This document shows positions 1 through 9,828 of a stretch of 38,439 nt of DNA, piece by piece. Origin of the DNA: an uncultured Smithella sp. GTDB lineage: Bacteria > Desulfobacterota > Syntrophia > Syntrophales > Smithellaceae. The stretch is from assembly GCA_964581635.1 (NCBI GenBank), contig CAZOPH010000005.1:1-38439 (forward strand), written 5' to 3'. The stretch's first letter is position 1; each line of letters begins with the position of its first letter. A program made the position numbers and the translations under genes. The notes under the pieces were generated by a model that saw nothing but the letters and a program-made list of their open reading frames with translations, ran no database searches and was not told where the DNA came from.

Positions 1-403
1 TCAGAAGATGCGCCAGAAAAATCACCATCGCCACCTTGACCAATTCGGTCACCTGAAACGAAAACACGCCCATATTGAGCCAGCGGGTTGCGCCGCCTCT
101 TTTAATGCCGACATGCGGAATGAAAAGCAGCAGGAGTAAAATTACGGATACAATGACGCCGGGGTAAGCCACCTTCTTCAATTGTTCATAAGGAATCTTG
201 GTCATCACAATCATGACCAGCAGGCCGACAAAAACAAAAAACAAATGTTTCTTAAGAAAAAACTGACCGTCTTTGAACTTTTCCAGGGCCAGAATGGAAC
301 TCGATGAATAAATCATCGCGGTGCCCACGGTTACCAGAATCAGGGTAACGAGGAGTAATATCATGTCCGGTGTATTGGTTTCTTTTTTTACGGCTGCTTC
401 CAT
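1..403 (-). CDS. ftsW: Cell division/peptidoglycan polymerase FtsW (SEDS family), 5' part; runs off the left edge
   Basis: Manual translation from ATG at 403: MEAAVKKETNTPDMILLLVTLILVTVGTAMIYSSSS...GGATRWLNMGVFSFQVTELVKVAMVIFLA. It has the SEDS motifs G..MIYSSS and GATRW..G..S.Q..E..K. The start abuts the murD stop, which is the canonical dcw position. Confidence 0.93.
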   Translation of the reverse strand, partial: MEAAVKKETNTPDMILLLVTLILVTVGTAMIYSSSSILALEKFKDGQFFLKKHLFFVFVGLLVMIVMTKIPYEQLKKVAYPGVIVSVILLLLLFIPHVGIKRGGATRWLNMGVFSFQVTELVKVAMVIFLAHLL

Positions 404-1747
404 TTAAAGGTTCCTGACCACTTCCTTAAAGTAATTCCCCCGTTCCTTATAATTGGTAAACTCATCAAAGCTTGCGCATCCCGGCGATAGCAGCACAATG
501 TCTCCGGGCCGCGCATTCTGATAAGCCCTTTCAACGGCCTCTCTTAATGTCGATTCCTTCCACACGGGTGCCCCCTTGCCGATCTGCGGTTCAATGCTGT
601 CACGCGCCTCGCCAAACAAGACAACCTGTTTCGCCTTGAAAGACAGCAGCGGTTGGAGCGCTTTAAAATTCCCGTCCTTGTCCCGTCCGCCCAAAAGTAA
701 AATAACGGGTGTGGAAAAGGTTTGAAGCGCGCGAATGACGGCATCCACATTGGTTCCCTTGGAGTCATCATAAAATTGCACCGAACGTTTTTCTCCGGCA
801 AATTCGATGCGATGCGGCAAACCGCGAAACTGCGAAACGGCCTCTACAATACTCTCCTGAGAACATCCGCAGAAACGAGCCGCCGGCACTGCCGCCATGA
901 CGTTTTCCACGTTGTGCAAACCGGGAAGAGAAATCATGCTTAAAGGATAACGCTCTTCCGAACCGTCCGCCTTACGGTAAACGATCAAATCATCCTGTAA
1001 GCATATTCCGGGACTGAGCGAGCGAGATGAACTGAATCGGACCACTTGAGCCCTGATCGACGAGGCCAGTCCTTCCTGTGTTTCATCTTCAGCATTAAGA
1101 ATCGCCAGATCGCTTTCCTGCTGCTGTTCAAATATTCTGGCCTTAACACGCCTGTATTCTTCAAATGATCCGTGATAATTGACATGATCACACGTAATAT
1201 TGAGCAGTATGGCGACATGCGGACGGAATGTTTTGATCCATTGAAGCTGGAAACTGCTGATTTCAGCAACAATCAAATCGTCGGTCTGCGGAGATCCGGC
1301 ATATTCAATGAGAGGATTGCCGATGTTCCCGCCGACAAATACTTTCTTTCCGGCATGCGTCAGAATCTTACCCAGCAGCGTGGTGGTGGTGGTTTTACCG
1401 TTCGTGCCCGTCACGGCGACGATCGGCACTCTGATAAAGCGATAGGCCAGTTCAATCTCGCTCATAATCGGAATATTTCTTTTTTGCGCGGCCTCTAAAA
1501 TATCATGGTATGGAGGAATCCCCGGTGAAGGTACAACCATGTCAACACCGTCGAGCGCCGTCACATCGTAGCTGCCCACGGTCATCCACGGTTGACCGGC
1601 CATGGAATCAAACGCTTCCCCCCACTGGTGTGAAAGTTTTTCATCGACTGCCACAACGGTTGCGCCGAGCCCCCCGAGAAACGCCGCAGCTGCGATGCCC
1701 GTTTTACCCATGCCGATAACGCCTATTTTCTTTCCTCCAACGTCCAT
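404..1747 (-). CDS. murD: UDP-N-acetylmuramoyl-L-alanine--D-glutamate ligase
   Basis: 447 aa; N-terminal GMGKTG, VVPSPGIP, P-loop GTNGKTTTT, GGNIG, EISSFQL, DDSKGTN, LSPGCASFDEF; lies between mraY and ftsW. Confidence 0.97.
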   Translation of the reverse strand: MDVGGKKIGVIGMGKTGIAAAAFLGGLGATVVAVDEKLSHQWGEAFDSMAGQPWMTVGSYDVTALDGVDMVVPSPGIPPYHDILEAAQKRNIPIMSEIELAYRFIRVPIVAVTGTNGKTTTTTLLGKILTHAGKKVFVGGNIGNPLIEYAGSPQTDDLIVAEISSFQLQWIKTFRPHVAILLNITCDHVNYHGSFEEYRRVKARIFEQQQESDLAILNAEDETQEGLASSIRAQVVRFSSSRSLSPGICLQDDLIVYRKADGSEERYPLSMISLPGLHNVENVMAAVPAARFCGCSQESIVEAVSQFRGLPHRIEFAGEKRSVQFYDDSKGTNVDAVIRALQTFSTPVILLLGGRDKDGNFKALQPLLSFKAKQVVLFGEARDSIEPQIGKGAPVWKESTLREAVERAYQNARPGDIVLLSPGCASFDEFTNYKERGNYFKEVVRNL

Positions 1748-1754
1748 GGTTCCT

Positions 1755-2834
1755 CTAACGCAACTTTAAGGTGCTGATCGCCAACAGCGCCAACAGAATC
1801 GAAATGATCCAGAACCGGACAATCACCTTCGGTTCCGCCCAGCCTTTGAGTTCAAAATGATGATGGATCGGCGCCATCCGGAAAATCCGTTTGCCGCCCG
1901 TCAGCTTGAAATAACCGACCTGGAAAATGACGGAAAAAGTTTCCATCACAAAAACACCGCCAACAATCGCCAGCAGAATTTCCTGCTTGGTGATAACGGC
2001 TACCGTTCCCAGCGCGCCACCCATCGAAAGCGATCCGACATCTCCCATGAATATTTCCGCTGGATAGGCGTTAAACCACAAAAAGCCAAGCGCGGCGCCC
2101 ATCAACGCTCCGCAGAATACAGACAACTCTCCAGAGCTGGAAACATAAGGAATCTGAAGATAATGCGCTACTTTCACGTTACCGGCAAAGTAGGCAAACA
2201 ACAAATACGTCGCAAAACAAATAATGGCAGGGCCGGTCGCCAGACCGTCAAGTCCATCCGTCAAATTCACGGCGTTTGCCGCACCCACGATAATAAAAAC
2301 GCAAAACAGAATGTATCCCCAACCCAGATTGGGCAAAACCGTTTTGAAAAAGGGAATCGTCACTTGCGAGTTAAATCCCGGCTTGAAATACAAAATAAAA
2401 CCGACAAATAAGGCGATCACAATTTCCGCAGCAAGCCTTGTTTTCCCGGAAACACCACGAGAACTTTTTCCGGCCATTTTCCGAAAATCATCGAAAAAGC
2501 CGATCAGGCCAAATCCGATCGTCACCAACAGAACCAGCCATATATAATCAACGGCTAAATTGGCCCATAACAATGTGGAAATAGCCACTGCAAAGATAAT
2601 GAGCACGCCTCCCGTCGTGGGAGTGCCTTTCTTCACCTGATGCGTCTTTGGCCCATCTTCGCGTATCTGCTGATCAATTTGCAGACTTTGTAACTTTTGA
2701 ATGAACCACCGGCCCAGGATCAGACAAATCAGCAAGGCCGTGATCGAAGCAAATATGGTCCGAAACGTGATATAGCGAAAAACGTTGAAGAATGAGAATA
2801 CAGTATGTAAAGGGTACAAAAACTGGTAAATCAC
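1755..2834 (-). CDS. mraY: Phospho-N-acetylmuramoyl-pentapeptide transferase
   Basis: 359 aa, polytopic; [43 protein letters not shown] motifs; GTG start with upstream GGGAGAG. Confidence 0.97.
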   Translation of the reverse strand: MIYQFLYPLHTVFSFFNVFRYITFRTIFASITALLICLILGRWFIQKLQSLQIDQQIREDGPKTHQVKKGTPTTGGVLIIFAVAISTLLWANLAVDYIWLVLLVTIGFGLIGFFDDFRKMAGKSSRGVSGKTRLAAEIVIALFVGFILYFKPGFNSQVTIPFFKTVLPNLGWGYILFCVFIIVGAANAVNLTDGLDGLATGPAIICFATYLLFAYFAGNVKVAHYLQIPYVSSSGELSVFCGALMGAALGFLWFNAYPAEIFMGDVGSLSMGGALGTVAVITKQEILLAIVGGVFVMETFSVIFQVGYFKLTGGKRIFRMAPIHHHFELKGWAEPKVIVRFWIISILLALLAISTLKLR

Positions 2835-2861
2835 TTTTTCTCTCCCGGTTTCCTGCGCCGC

Positions 2862-5822
2862 TTATTCGCTTTCGGTTTGTCCATCGCCGAAATCCTTGCG
2901 GATTCTCGCTGCAATCCTGTCCATCTTCATCCGTCGGGATCCTTTGACTAAAATCCAATCGCCTCTGCGTAACTTTTTTTTCAAAGAGGCCATGGCATCT
3001 TCATCATCCTTTAAAAACATAATTTGTTCCTTCGCTAATCCGCCCTCCAGAGCACCGGCGGCGGTAACCTGCGCAAACTCGCCTTGAAGAAAAGCCGCCG
3101 TCGCACCAGTTGTCGCCAGAAGCATTCCGATTTTGCGATGCATTTCCGGCGCCGCCTCGCCCAACTCCAGCATATCGCCTAGAAACACGAAAGCACTGTG
3201 CGCATTTCGTGCATCCTTCAGGGTCAGCAGGGCTTCGCGAACAGATGCGGGATTAGCATTATAGGTGTCATTGATCAAATAAGCGCCATTTTGCAGTTTA
3301 ATGATTTCCATGCGTCCACCCACCGCTTGAAACATATTCAGGCCCCGCTGAATCGATTCAAAACGGATTCCGCAGGCAACGGCTGTCGCCGCGGCGGCCA
3401 TCGCATTATAGATATTGGAAATGCCGACAACTTTCATATCCACCTTGTACGCGCAACCACCCATCAGGAGGTTGAAGCTCGTGCCGCGGGCGCCGTTTTT
3501 TCGAATATCGTTCACGCTAACATCTGCACCGGCCCTCATACTGAACGTGATGCGGCGCCCCCCCCATAGATCCGCCACATTGCACACCGCTTCGTCGTCA
3601 AGATTAACAACCGCAATACCCGACGGGATCATATTAAAAAACAAATCGCCTTTTTCCTCGCCCACAGCATCAATGGTACCGAACCCCGCCAGATGCGCGG
3701 GGCCGACATTGGTGATGAGCCCGATGTCCGGCAAGGCAATTTGCGTCAGCCTTTTAATTTCGCCGCGCTTGTTGGTTCCCATTTCCAGGACAGCGATTTC
3801 GTGTTGATCAGTCATGCGGAAAATGGTTTGTGGTAATCCGATCAGATTGTTTAAATTGCCTTCCGTCTTAAGAACTTTTCTTTCCCGCTCGAGCATACAG
3901 GACAACATTTCTTTGGTGGTCGTCTTGCCTGAAGAACCGGTGAGCCCGATTACGGGGATGGAAAAACGTCGGCGGTGAGCGTGTGCCAAGTCACCCAGTG
4001 CCCGAAGGGTATCGTCCACTTCCATCAGACCTTTGTTCGGATTAAGTTGTTTGAGGGGAATCTTACGGGCATCCGAAACAATAGCGCCGGCTGCACCGTC
4101 CTCCAGGGACTTCTGGACAAAGGCATGGCCGTCAAAATTCTCTCCCTGAAGGGCGATGAAAAGATTCTTTGGCTGAATGTGTCTGGAATCCGTGGAAATC
4201 CCGTAAATTCTGGTTTCCTTGTTTCCGGCGATCAAGCGACCGTTCGTCTCGGCCAGAACTTCAGCCAAGGAAAACACTGGGGACACAACCTCCGAACGAT
4301 CAGGAAATCTCGATTGCAAAGCCTGTGTTGCAACAATCCGGTCGTCAAACGGTATTTTTTTTGTTCCCAAAATCTGATAATCTTCATGGCCTTTACCGGC
4401 AATCAGCACAATGTCCTGAGATTGCGCTATTTGAATGGCGGCAATAATTGCGGCTTTCCGGTCGGCAATCACCGTATAGGTGTGTGCATCGTCAGCAAAT
4501 ACCAGATGCTCCCGCGATACTTTTCTTATTTTTCTCTGATCAATCCCCGCCTCGATTTCGCCGATGACAGCCATTGGATCTTCACAACGCGGATTGTCGG
4601 ACGTTACAATCGTCAAATCGCTGTAGGTCGTTGCCGTTTCGCCCATCCGTGGTCTCTTGGCGCGGTCACGATTACCGCCGCAGCCGAAAACAGTCAATAT
4701 TTTTCTTTGCTTCATCTTATCTAAATTTTGCAGCACTTGTTTTAACGCATCCGGTTTATGGGCGTAATCGACAAAAACATGAATGCCGGCAGACGAATCA
4801 ATCTTTTCCAAACGCCCCGGAACATAGGATAAATTTTTAATCCCAGCCTCAATCACCGAAGTCTCCACGCGCAGGACAGAGGCGGCGGCGGCAGCGGCCA
4901 GAATATTGGACAGATTGAATCTGCCGATAAGTCGGGAGGCCACGGCTATTTTCTTTCCGGCCAGACTGATCTCAGCCCGGATGCCGTCGAGCGTTATCTC
5001 CTCATGCTCAGCTGTTACTCCGGTATTTTTGCCCAAGCCATACGATAGCGCGGGTATCCGGACTTCGCTCAGCAGTCTTTGTCCCCACGGGTCATCGGCG
5101 TTAGCCACCATTTTTTTTGGGCAGTCTTTTTTGCTTTGCGCCAAAAGCTCGGTAAAAAATCTCTTCTTGGCCCGGAAGTAATCTTCCATATGCTTATGAT
5201 AATCCAGATGCTCCGGACTGAGATTGGTGAAGATTCCCAGATCAAAATCGCAGTCATCAACTCTTCTCAAATCCAGTGCATGCGAAGACACCTCGGCGAT
5301 CACATGAGTCACGCCCCCGGAGGCCATCTCCCTCAGGATCTTTTGCATCTCGTATGATTCGGGCGTGGTGTTCGGCGCCGGCATTAACTTACCGTTGTAG
5401 CGATAATTGACTGTCCCTAAAACACCACAGCGAAAACCGGCAGCCGTCAGGATTGATTCCAGCAGATAAGACACTGTTGTTTTGCCACTGGTTCCCGTGG
5501 TGCCGATGAGGGTCAACCCAGACGACGGGTCGCCGAAATAATTTTTAGCCAACTGGCCTAACGCACGGCGACTGTCGGATACTTTGATGGCGATGATCCC
5601 TTCCGGTACGCTAATATCTTTTTGATGAACAATAAAATGCGCGCCGCGCTCAATCGCCCGGCCGATAAAGTCGTGGCCGTCATGAGCCAGTCCGGCAATT
5701 GCGACAAAGAGCGAACTTTTTTCGCATTGATCTGCGGCATAACAGACTGATGACACATCGCCAGTTTGATCTGTCTTCTTCCCGATCGTATTGATGCCTT
5801 GCAGTAATTGCCGCAGTTCCAT
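2862..5822 (-). CDS. murE-murF: Fused MurE-MurF: UDP-MurNAc-tripeptide synthetase (meso-DAP type) plus UDP-MurNAc-tripeptide--D-Ala-D-Ala ligase
   Basis: One 986-aa ORF. Residues about 1-505 are MurE (GTSGKTT, NTTPES, EVSSHAL, VDYAHKPD, TSDNPR, AGKGHEDYQ). Residues about 516-986 are MurF (ISTDSR, GSSGKTTTKE, EMGTN, NDTYNANPASV, LGDMLELG, VKGSRRMKM). DNPR is the meso-DAP specificity motif. Confidence 0.95.
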   Translation of the reverse strand: MELRQLLQGINTIGKKTDQTGDVSSVCYAADQCEKSSLFVAIAGLAHDGHDFIGRAIERGAHFIVHQKDISVPEGIIAIKVSDSRRALGQLAKNYFGDPSSGLTLIGTTGTSGKTTVSYLLESILTAAGFRCGVLGTVNYRYNGKLMPAPNTTPESYEMQKILREMASGGVTHVIAEVSSHALDLRRVDDCDFDLGIFTNLSPEHLDYHKHMEDYFRAKKRFFTELLAQSKKDCPKKMVANADDPWGQRLLSEVRIPALSYGLGKNTGVTAEHEEITLDGIRAEISLAGKKIAVASRLIGRFNLSNILAAAAAASVLRVETSVIEAGIKNLSYVPGRLEKIDSSAGIHVFVDYAHKPDALKQVLQNLDKMKQRKILTVFGCGGNRDRAKRPRMGETATTYSDLTIVTSDNPRCEDPMAVIGEIEAGIDQRKIRKVSREHLVFADDAHTYTVIADRKAAIIAAIQIAQSQDIVLIAGKGHEDYQILGTKKIPFDDRIVATQALQSRFPDRSEVVSPVFSLAEVLAETNGRLIAGNKETRIYGISTDSRHIQPKNLFIALQGENFDGHAFVQKSLEDGAAGAIVSDARKIPLKQLNPNKGLMEVDDTLRALGDLAHAHRRRFSIPVIGLTGSSGKTTTKEMLSCMLERERKVLKTEGNLNNLIGLPQTIFRMTDQHEIAVLEMGTNKRGEIKRLTQIALPDIGLITNVGPAHLAGFGTIDAVGEEKGDLFFNMIPSGIAVVNLDDEAVCNVADLWGGRRITFSMRAGADVSVNDIRKNGARGTSFNLLMGGCAYKVDMKVVGISNIYNAMAAAATAVACGIRFESIQRGLNMFQAVGGRMEIIKLQNGAYLINDTYNANPASVREALLTLKDARNAHSAFVFLGDMLELGEAAPEMHRKIGMLLATTGATAAFLQGEFAQVTAAGALEGGLAKEQIMFLKDDEDAMASLKKKLRRGDWILVKGSRRMKMDRIAARIRKDFGDGQTESE

Positions 5823-5828
5823 CTCGCC

Positions 5829-7823
5829 TCAGTTTTTCATCTCAAATACAATTTTACAGAGTCGCTCATCGCCTAAAACTGAACCTGGTCCTGGGGCCTG
5901 TCTCACAGCCCAGCCATTGCCGGATATCTGCAGCTCAATTGATCGGGATTTCGATATTTTCAAAGCCTCCCGAATGGTCAAGCCGGTAAAGTCCGGCATG
6001 AGGGAGTCATCATCAAGATCATCTTCGGCCTTTGACACATTCTCAACCATAGATTTGTCTGCTGCAGCCAATTGCAGATTATTTGTCTTTTGAGGTTCAA
6101 ACACCGGCGTTTCCCGAATGTTTGTCTTGAAACAGTTGAGAATCTGTTCGCCGATATTTTTAAATACCGGCGCTGCGGCCACACCGCCCCACTTATCGCG
6201 CTGCGGTTCATCGAGAATCACGAGGATCACCACTTGGGGATTATCGGAGGGGAAAAATCCAATAAAGGAAGTGCGAACCCTTTCCGATGAATAAACGCCG
6301 CGGGCAAAATCGAATTTCTGCGCGGTCCCGGTTTTGCCGGCAACCTCCACGTTGATGATATGCGCGTTCTTACCAGTGCCGTCCGCAGAGCCAACCACTT
6401 GTGTCAGCATGGCAGTCATCCGTCTGGCTGTCGCGGGAGAAACAACCCGGCGCACGGTTTCCGGTGCATACATTTTAACCGGGTTGTTATTTCTATCAGT
6501 CAAACCCCGCACAATGAAGGGTTTCATCAAAACCCCGTTATTGGCTATCGCCGACATGGCGCTAATGAGCTGAATGGCTGTAACCGAAATGCCCTGGCCA
6601 AAAGCAATCGCCGCCGTGTCCACCCTGGTCCAACTCTTCGCGGGCCTTAAAACCCCTGCAGCCTCACCGGATAAATCAATTCCTGTTCTGGAACCAAAAC
6701 CAAAATTTTTAATATAGGAATAATACTTTTCCCGACCGAGCTTTTCCGCGATTTTCGCGGAGCCGATATTACTAGAGTACTTCAGGATATCACGCACGGA
6801 CAGATAGCCGTGACGCTTCCGGTTGGCTTCACGAATCACCCGATTGGCAACGATATAATGTCCATTTTCACAGTAAAACGAATCTGATTCCTTGACAACT
6901 TTTTCTTCCAGGGCGCCGGCGACCAGAAAAGGTTTAAAGGTTGATCCTGGATCAAAGGAGTCCGCAATAGCACGGTTGCGCCATATATCTGACGTCAGCC
7001 CCTTAATGTTGTTCGGATTGAATCCTTTCTCGTTGGCCATGGCCAAAATCTCGCCCGTTTTCGGATCCATGACAATCGCAATACCGCCCTTTGCGCCTTT
7101 ATCCAACACAGCTTCCTTCAGATGCGTTTCCACCAGGTACTGAATGCGGCTGTCAATGGTCAGAACCAGGTTAGCACTTTCATCTTTAGGAGAAAGATTC
7201 CGTTCAACATGCAGAAAAAGTTTTTTTCCTTTAGCATCTCTGGCCCAGGTCAATTTTTCCGGTGTTCCTTTTAAATAATCATCATATTTCTTTTCGAGTC
7301 CTTCCAGGCCCTCGGCATCAAAACCGGAGAATCCGATCAAATGAGCCGCCAATGAGCCGTTTGGATAAAATCGCTTCGGTTCTTTGATCAGAAAAACACC
7401 TTCAATACCCGCCGCTTCTATCTGAGCAGCCTGCTCGGTAGAAATTTTTCTGGCCAGCCAGCAGAAACTCTTCGGCTCGGAGATTCTTTTAAAAACGGTG
7501 GATGAATTAAGATTCAGAATAGCCGCGATTTTACGGGACACTTTAGACGGATCGGTAATCCTTGTCGGGTCGGCACACACGGAATCCGCTAAGACCGACA
7601 TGGCCAGTTTCTCACCATTGCGGTCATAAATCATGCCTCTTTCGGAATGAATGGGCAACGTGGTGATATGCTGTCTGACGGCCAGCTTTTTCAATTTCTC
7701 GCCAGATAAAACTTGTAATTGAAAGGCGCGGGACAATAACGCAATAAACAAAACCAAAAAAATCGCCAGAATGCTGGCTAGCCGGAACTTCAGCCATTTT
7801 TTTGATTCTGCCGCCATTCTCAC
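5829..7823 (-). CDS. ftsI: Septal transpeptidase FtsI/PBP3 with C-terminal PASTA domain
   Basis: N-terminal TM, RGMIYDRNG, catalytic motifs SxxK (GSTFK), SxN (YSSN) and KTG (GKTGTAQK); C-terminal MPDFTGLT...GNGWAVRQAP PASTA repeat. Start is GTG 7823 (overlapping the ftsL stop) or ATG 7817. Confidence 0.95.
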   Translation of the reverse strand: MRMAAESKKWLKFRLASILAIFLVLFIALLSRAFQLQVLSGEKLKKLAVRQHITTLPIHSERGMIYDRNGEKLAMSVLADSVCADPTRITDPSKVSRKIAAILNLNSSTVFKRISEPKSFCWLARKISTEQAAQIEAAGIEGVFLIKEPKRFYPNGSLAAHLIGFSGFDAEGLEGLEKKYDDYLKGTPEKLTWARDAKGKKLFLHVERNLSPKDESANLVLTIDSRIQYLVETHLKEAVLDKGAKGGIAIVMDPKTGEILAMANEKGFNPNNIKGLTSDIWRNRAIADSFDPGSTFKPFLVAGALEEKVVKESDSFYCENGHYIVANRVIREANRKRHGYLSVRDILKYSSNIGSAKIAEKLGREKYYSYIKNFGFGSRTGIDLSGEAAGVLRPAKSWTRVDTAAIAFGQGISVTAIQLISAMSAIANNGVLMKPFIVRGLTDRNNNPVKMYAPETVRRVVSPATARRMTAMLTQVVGSADGTGKNAHIINVEVAGKTGTAQKFDFARGVYSSERVRTSFIGFFPSDNPQVVILVILDEPQRDKWGGVAAAPVFKNIGEQILNCFKTNIRETPVFEPQKTNNLQLAAADKSMVENVSKAEDDLDDDSLMPDFTGLTIREALKISKSRSIELQISGNGWAVRQAPGPGSVLGDERLCKIVFEMKN

Positions 7824-8167
7824 TTCCTCGTTTGTTTTAAAATAATTACCTGCTCCGCAGCGGGATAGGACATCTGTAACTTGTTTCTGGCAATATCTTC
7901 TATTCTCTGCGGTGCTTTCAGCATTGCTAATTCCAGCTTCAGTCTTTTTTGTTCTTCCAGTAAATCCCCCTTAGCATTTAACGCTGCGGCAATATCATAC
8001 TCCATCTTCGTCATGCGAATGTGAGAACCAACATAAATCAGTGCGACAAACATGAGAATAAGAGCCACCACAATAAAGGTCGGATACTTCACGCCGAAAG
8101 AGGCGGCAGCAGCTTTTTTGGCCTGCCGGCCCTGCGAGATGGCCTGTGTTCCTACCGTCTGCGCCAT
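7820..8167 (-). CDS. ftsL: Cell division protein FtsL
   Basis: Likely start ATG 8167 (MAQTVG...), 115 aa. Single TM, then a coiled coil and L..PQRIEDIARNKLQM.YP, typical of FtsL; lies between rsmH and ftsI. Confidence 0.88.
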   Translation of the reverse strand: MAQTVGTQAISQGRQAKKAAAASFGVKYPTFIVVALILMFVALIYVGSHIRMTKMEYDIAAALNAKGDLLEEQKRLKLELAMLKAPQRIEDIARNKLQMSYPAAEQVIILKQTRK

Positions 8168-8168
8168 T

Positions 8169-9110
8169 TTATATCCTCTCTGCCACGCGCAATTTTGCAC
8201 TGCGGGCACGCGGGTTCTGCCGGATTTCCTCAATGGAAGGCACTACCGCTTTACGCGTCATAACTTTTACGACGGCCTCTTTATGGCAAACACAGTAAGG
8301 AATATCTTTTGGACAAACACAGGTCGCCGCCATATCACGAAAGGTATTTTTAACGATCCGGTCCTCCAGCGAGTGGAAGGAAATCACGCCCATGCGTCCT
8401 CCGACCGCAAGCGCGCCTATGGCGCCTTCGATTGCCGGGACAATGGAATCGAGCTCTCGGTTCACAGCTATCCGCAGGGCCTGAAAAGTTCGCGTGGCGG
8501 GATTAATCTTCTGCCGCTTCATGCTTTCCGGCATAACCGAAGCGACAATACCGGCGAGCTCAAGCGTCGTCTCTATAGGCGAAGTTTGCTTTTTTCTCGA
8601 TATTGCCCTGGCGATTCTTGCGGCCATATTTTCTTCCCCGTATAATCTGATAATCTTTTCCAGTTCAGCTGGTGTAGAATAGTTGACAATATCATAAGCA
8701 CAACGCTTCAAATCCTGATCCATCCGCATATCAAGCGGCGCGGACTGACTGAAGCTAAACCCTCGGTGGGCTGCATCCAGTTGATGGGACGAAACACCCA
8801 AATCCAGGAGCACACCATCAACTTTATCAACATGCAATTCTTTCAGAACGGAGGCCAGGTCGGCAAAATTTGCCTTGATCAGAATTTTGCGCGATCCAAA
8901 TGACGCCAGCCTCTCTTCAGCAACTGCGAGGGCGTCTGCGTCACAATCCATTCCGATCAGCGTGGCTTCAGTCTGTTCCAAAATTACGCGGGCATGCCCC
9001 GCGCCACCTATCGTACCGTCCACGTAAATGCCGGTCTTATTTCTCACAAGCCACAACAGGACTTCCTGAAGCATGACCGGCTCGTGAGTAAACTCAGCGC
9101 TCATGATCAT
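8169..9110 (-). CDS. rsmH: 16S rRNA m4C1402 methyltransferase RsmH (MraW)
   Basis: [28 protein letters not shown]...[49 protein letters not shown]. Confidence 0.97.
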   Translation of the reverse strand: MIMSAEFTHEPVMLQEVLLWLVRNKTGIYVDGTIGGAGHARVILEQTEATLIGMDCDADALAVAEERLASFGSRKILIKANFADLASVLKELHVDKVDGVLLDLGVSSHQLDAAHRGFSFSQSAPLDMRMDQDLKRCAYDIVNYSTPAELEKIIRLYGEENMAARIARAISRKKQTSPIETTLELAGIVASVMPESMKRQKINPATRTFQALRIAVNRELDSIVPAIEGAIGALAVGGRMGVISFHSLEDRIVKNTFRDMAATCVCPKDIPYCVCHKEAVVKVMTRKAVVPSIEEIRQNPRARSAKLRVAERI

Positions 9111-9553
9111 ATCCCGAGGTCAGCCATGTAATCACTGAACTGGGCAATATCGCCGCCGGTTTTTTTCATTTCCGATTCGAACCGGTCTTTCGACCAGATT
9201 TCGATGACTTTAATCATACCGGCCAGAATAATTTCTTTTTCCAGGTTGGCATATTCGCGTAACGCCGGAGGAATCAGCACACGACCCTGACCATCGAGAT
9301 TGCAATCCACCGCACCGGACATGAAAAATCGCTGAAAGGAACGCACCTCTTTGCGTAAGATGGATTGATGCGATACTTTTTCTTCAATAACGCGCCATTC
9401 ATCGAATGGGAAAACCATCAAATATCCATCCCAATTCGTAATGACCATGCGGTTGTCATATTTATCCGCAAACAACTCGCGAAAACGGGACGGAAAAATG
9501 ATTCTTCCCTTTTCGTCAATAGTGTGATGATATTGTCCTCGAAATACAGACAC
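9107..9553 (-). CDS. mraZ: Transcriptional regulator MraZ
   Basis: [22 protein letters not shown] and a second [16 protein letters not shown] repeat. True start is most likely GTG at 9553 (148 aa), with GGAGGGG SD upstream; the longer 194-aa ORF runs through the promoter. Confidence 0.95.
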   Translation of the reverse strand: MSVFRGQYHHTIDEKGRIIFPSRFRELFADKYDNRMVITNWDGYLMVFPFDEWRVIEEKVSHQSILRKEVRSFQRFFMSGAVDCNLDGQGRVLIPPALREYANLEKEIILAGMIKVIEIWSKDRFESEMKKTGGDIAQFSDYMADLGI

Positions 9554-9564
9554 TAAAATCCCCT

Positions 9565-9588
9565 CCACATTAAACCACTTTTCCCCAC
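9565..9588 (-). promoter_or_regulatory. MraZ-binding DCW boxes (three GTGG direct repeats, 10-bp period)
   Basis: Minus strand: GTGGGGAAAA GTGGTTTAAT GTGGAGGGGA. CCAC on the plus strand starts at 9565, 9575 and 9585, between the -10 box and the mraZ start. This matches the known MraZ operator architecture. Confidence 0.8.
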
Positions 9589-9595
9589 GTGGCTG

Positions 9596-9624
9596 ACTAT
9601 AGAGAGGGAAAATGCCTTTGTCAA
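9596..9624 (-). promoter_or_regulatory. sigma70 promoter of the dcw operon (PmraZ)
   Basis: Minus strand: TTGACA (9624-9619), 17-bp spacer, TATAGT (9601-9596), about 43 bp upstream of the mraZ GTG. Confidence 0.85.
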
Positions 9625-9828
9625 GAAAAAAGTGAATCTTTTTCTGATCAATTAACTTAAAATTACTGGGAAAACAGGAAATATAAATCAATCAGGGCAA
9701 CTGCTTGGCATGCAAGATTGTTAAGACAGTCCTAAAGGGAATTTATTCGTCAGGAACAGAGTAAAAAAACAAGCGGGGATAAATACTAAAGCGCAATTAA
9801 ACTAATCAGATGAATAGCAAGATTATCG

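Noticed and set aside
1857-2411. Long antisense or alternative-frame ORFs (for example 1857-2411, 3975-4724, 8052-8645, 17567-18109, 28143-28739, 32704-33288, 34183-34764)
   Set aside because: They lie opposite or within well-conserved genes and have no recognisable motifs or SDs. They are expected shadow ORFs.
9554-9691. N-terminal extension of MraZ in the 194-aa ORF call
   Set aside because: The extension runs through the promoter and MraZ boxes. The SD and homology support GTG 9553.
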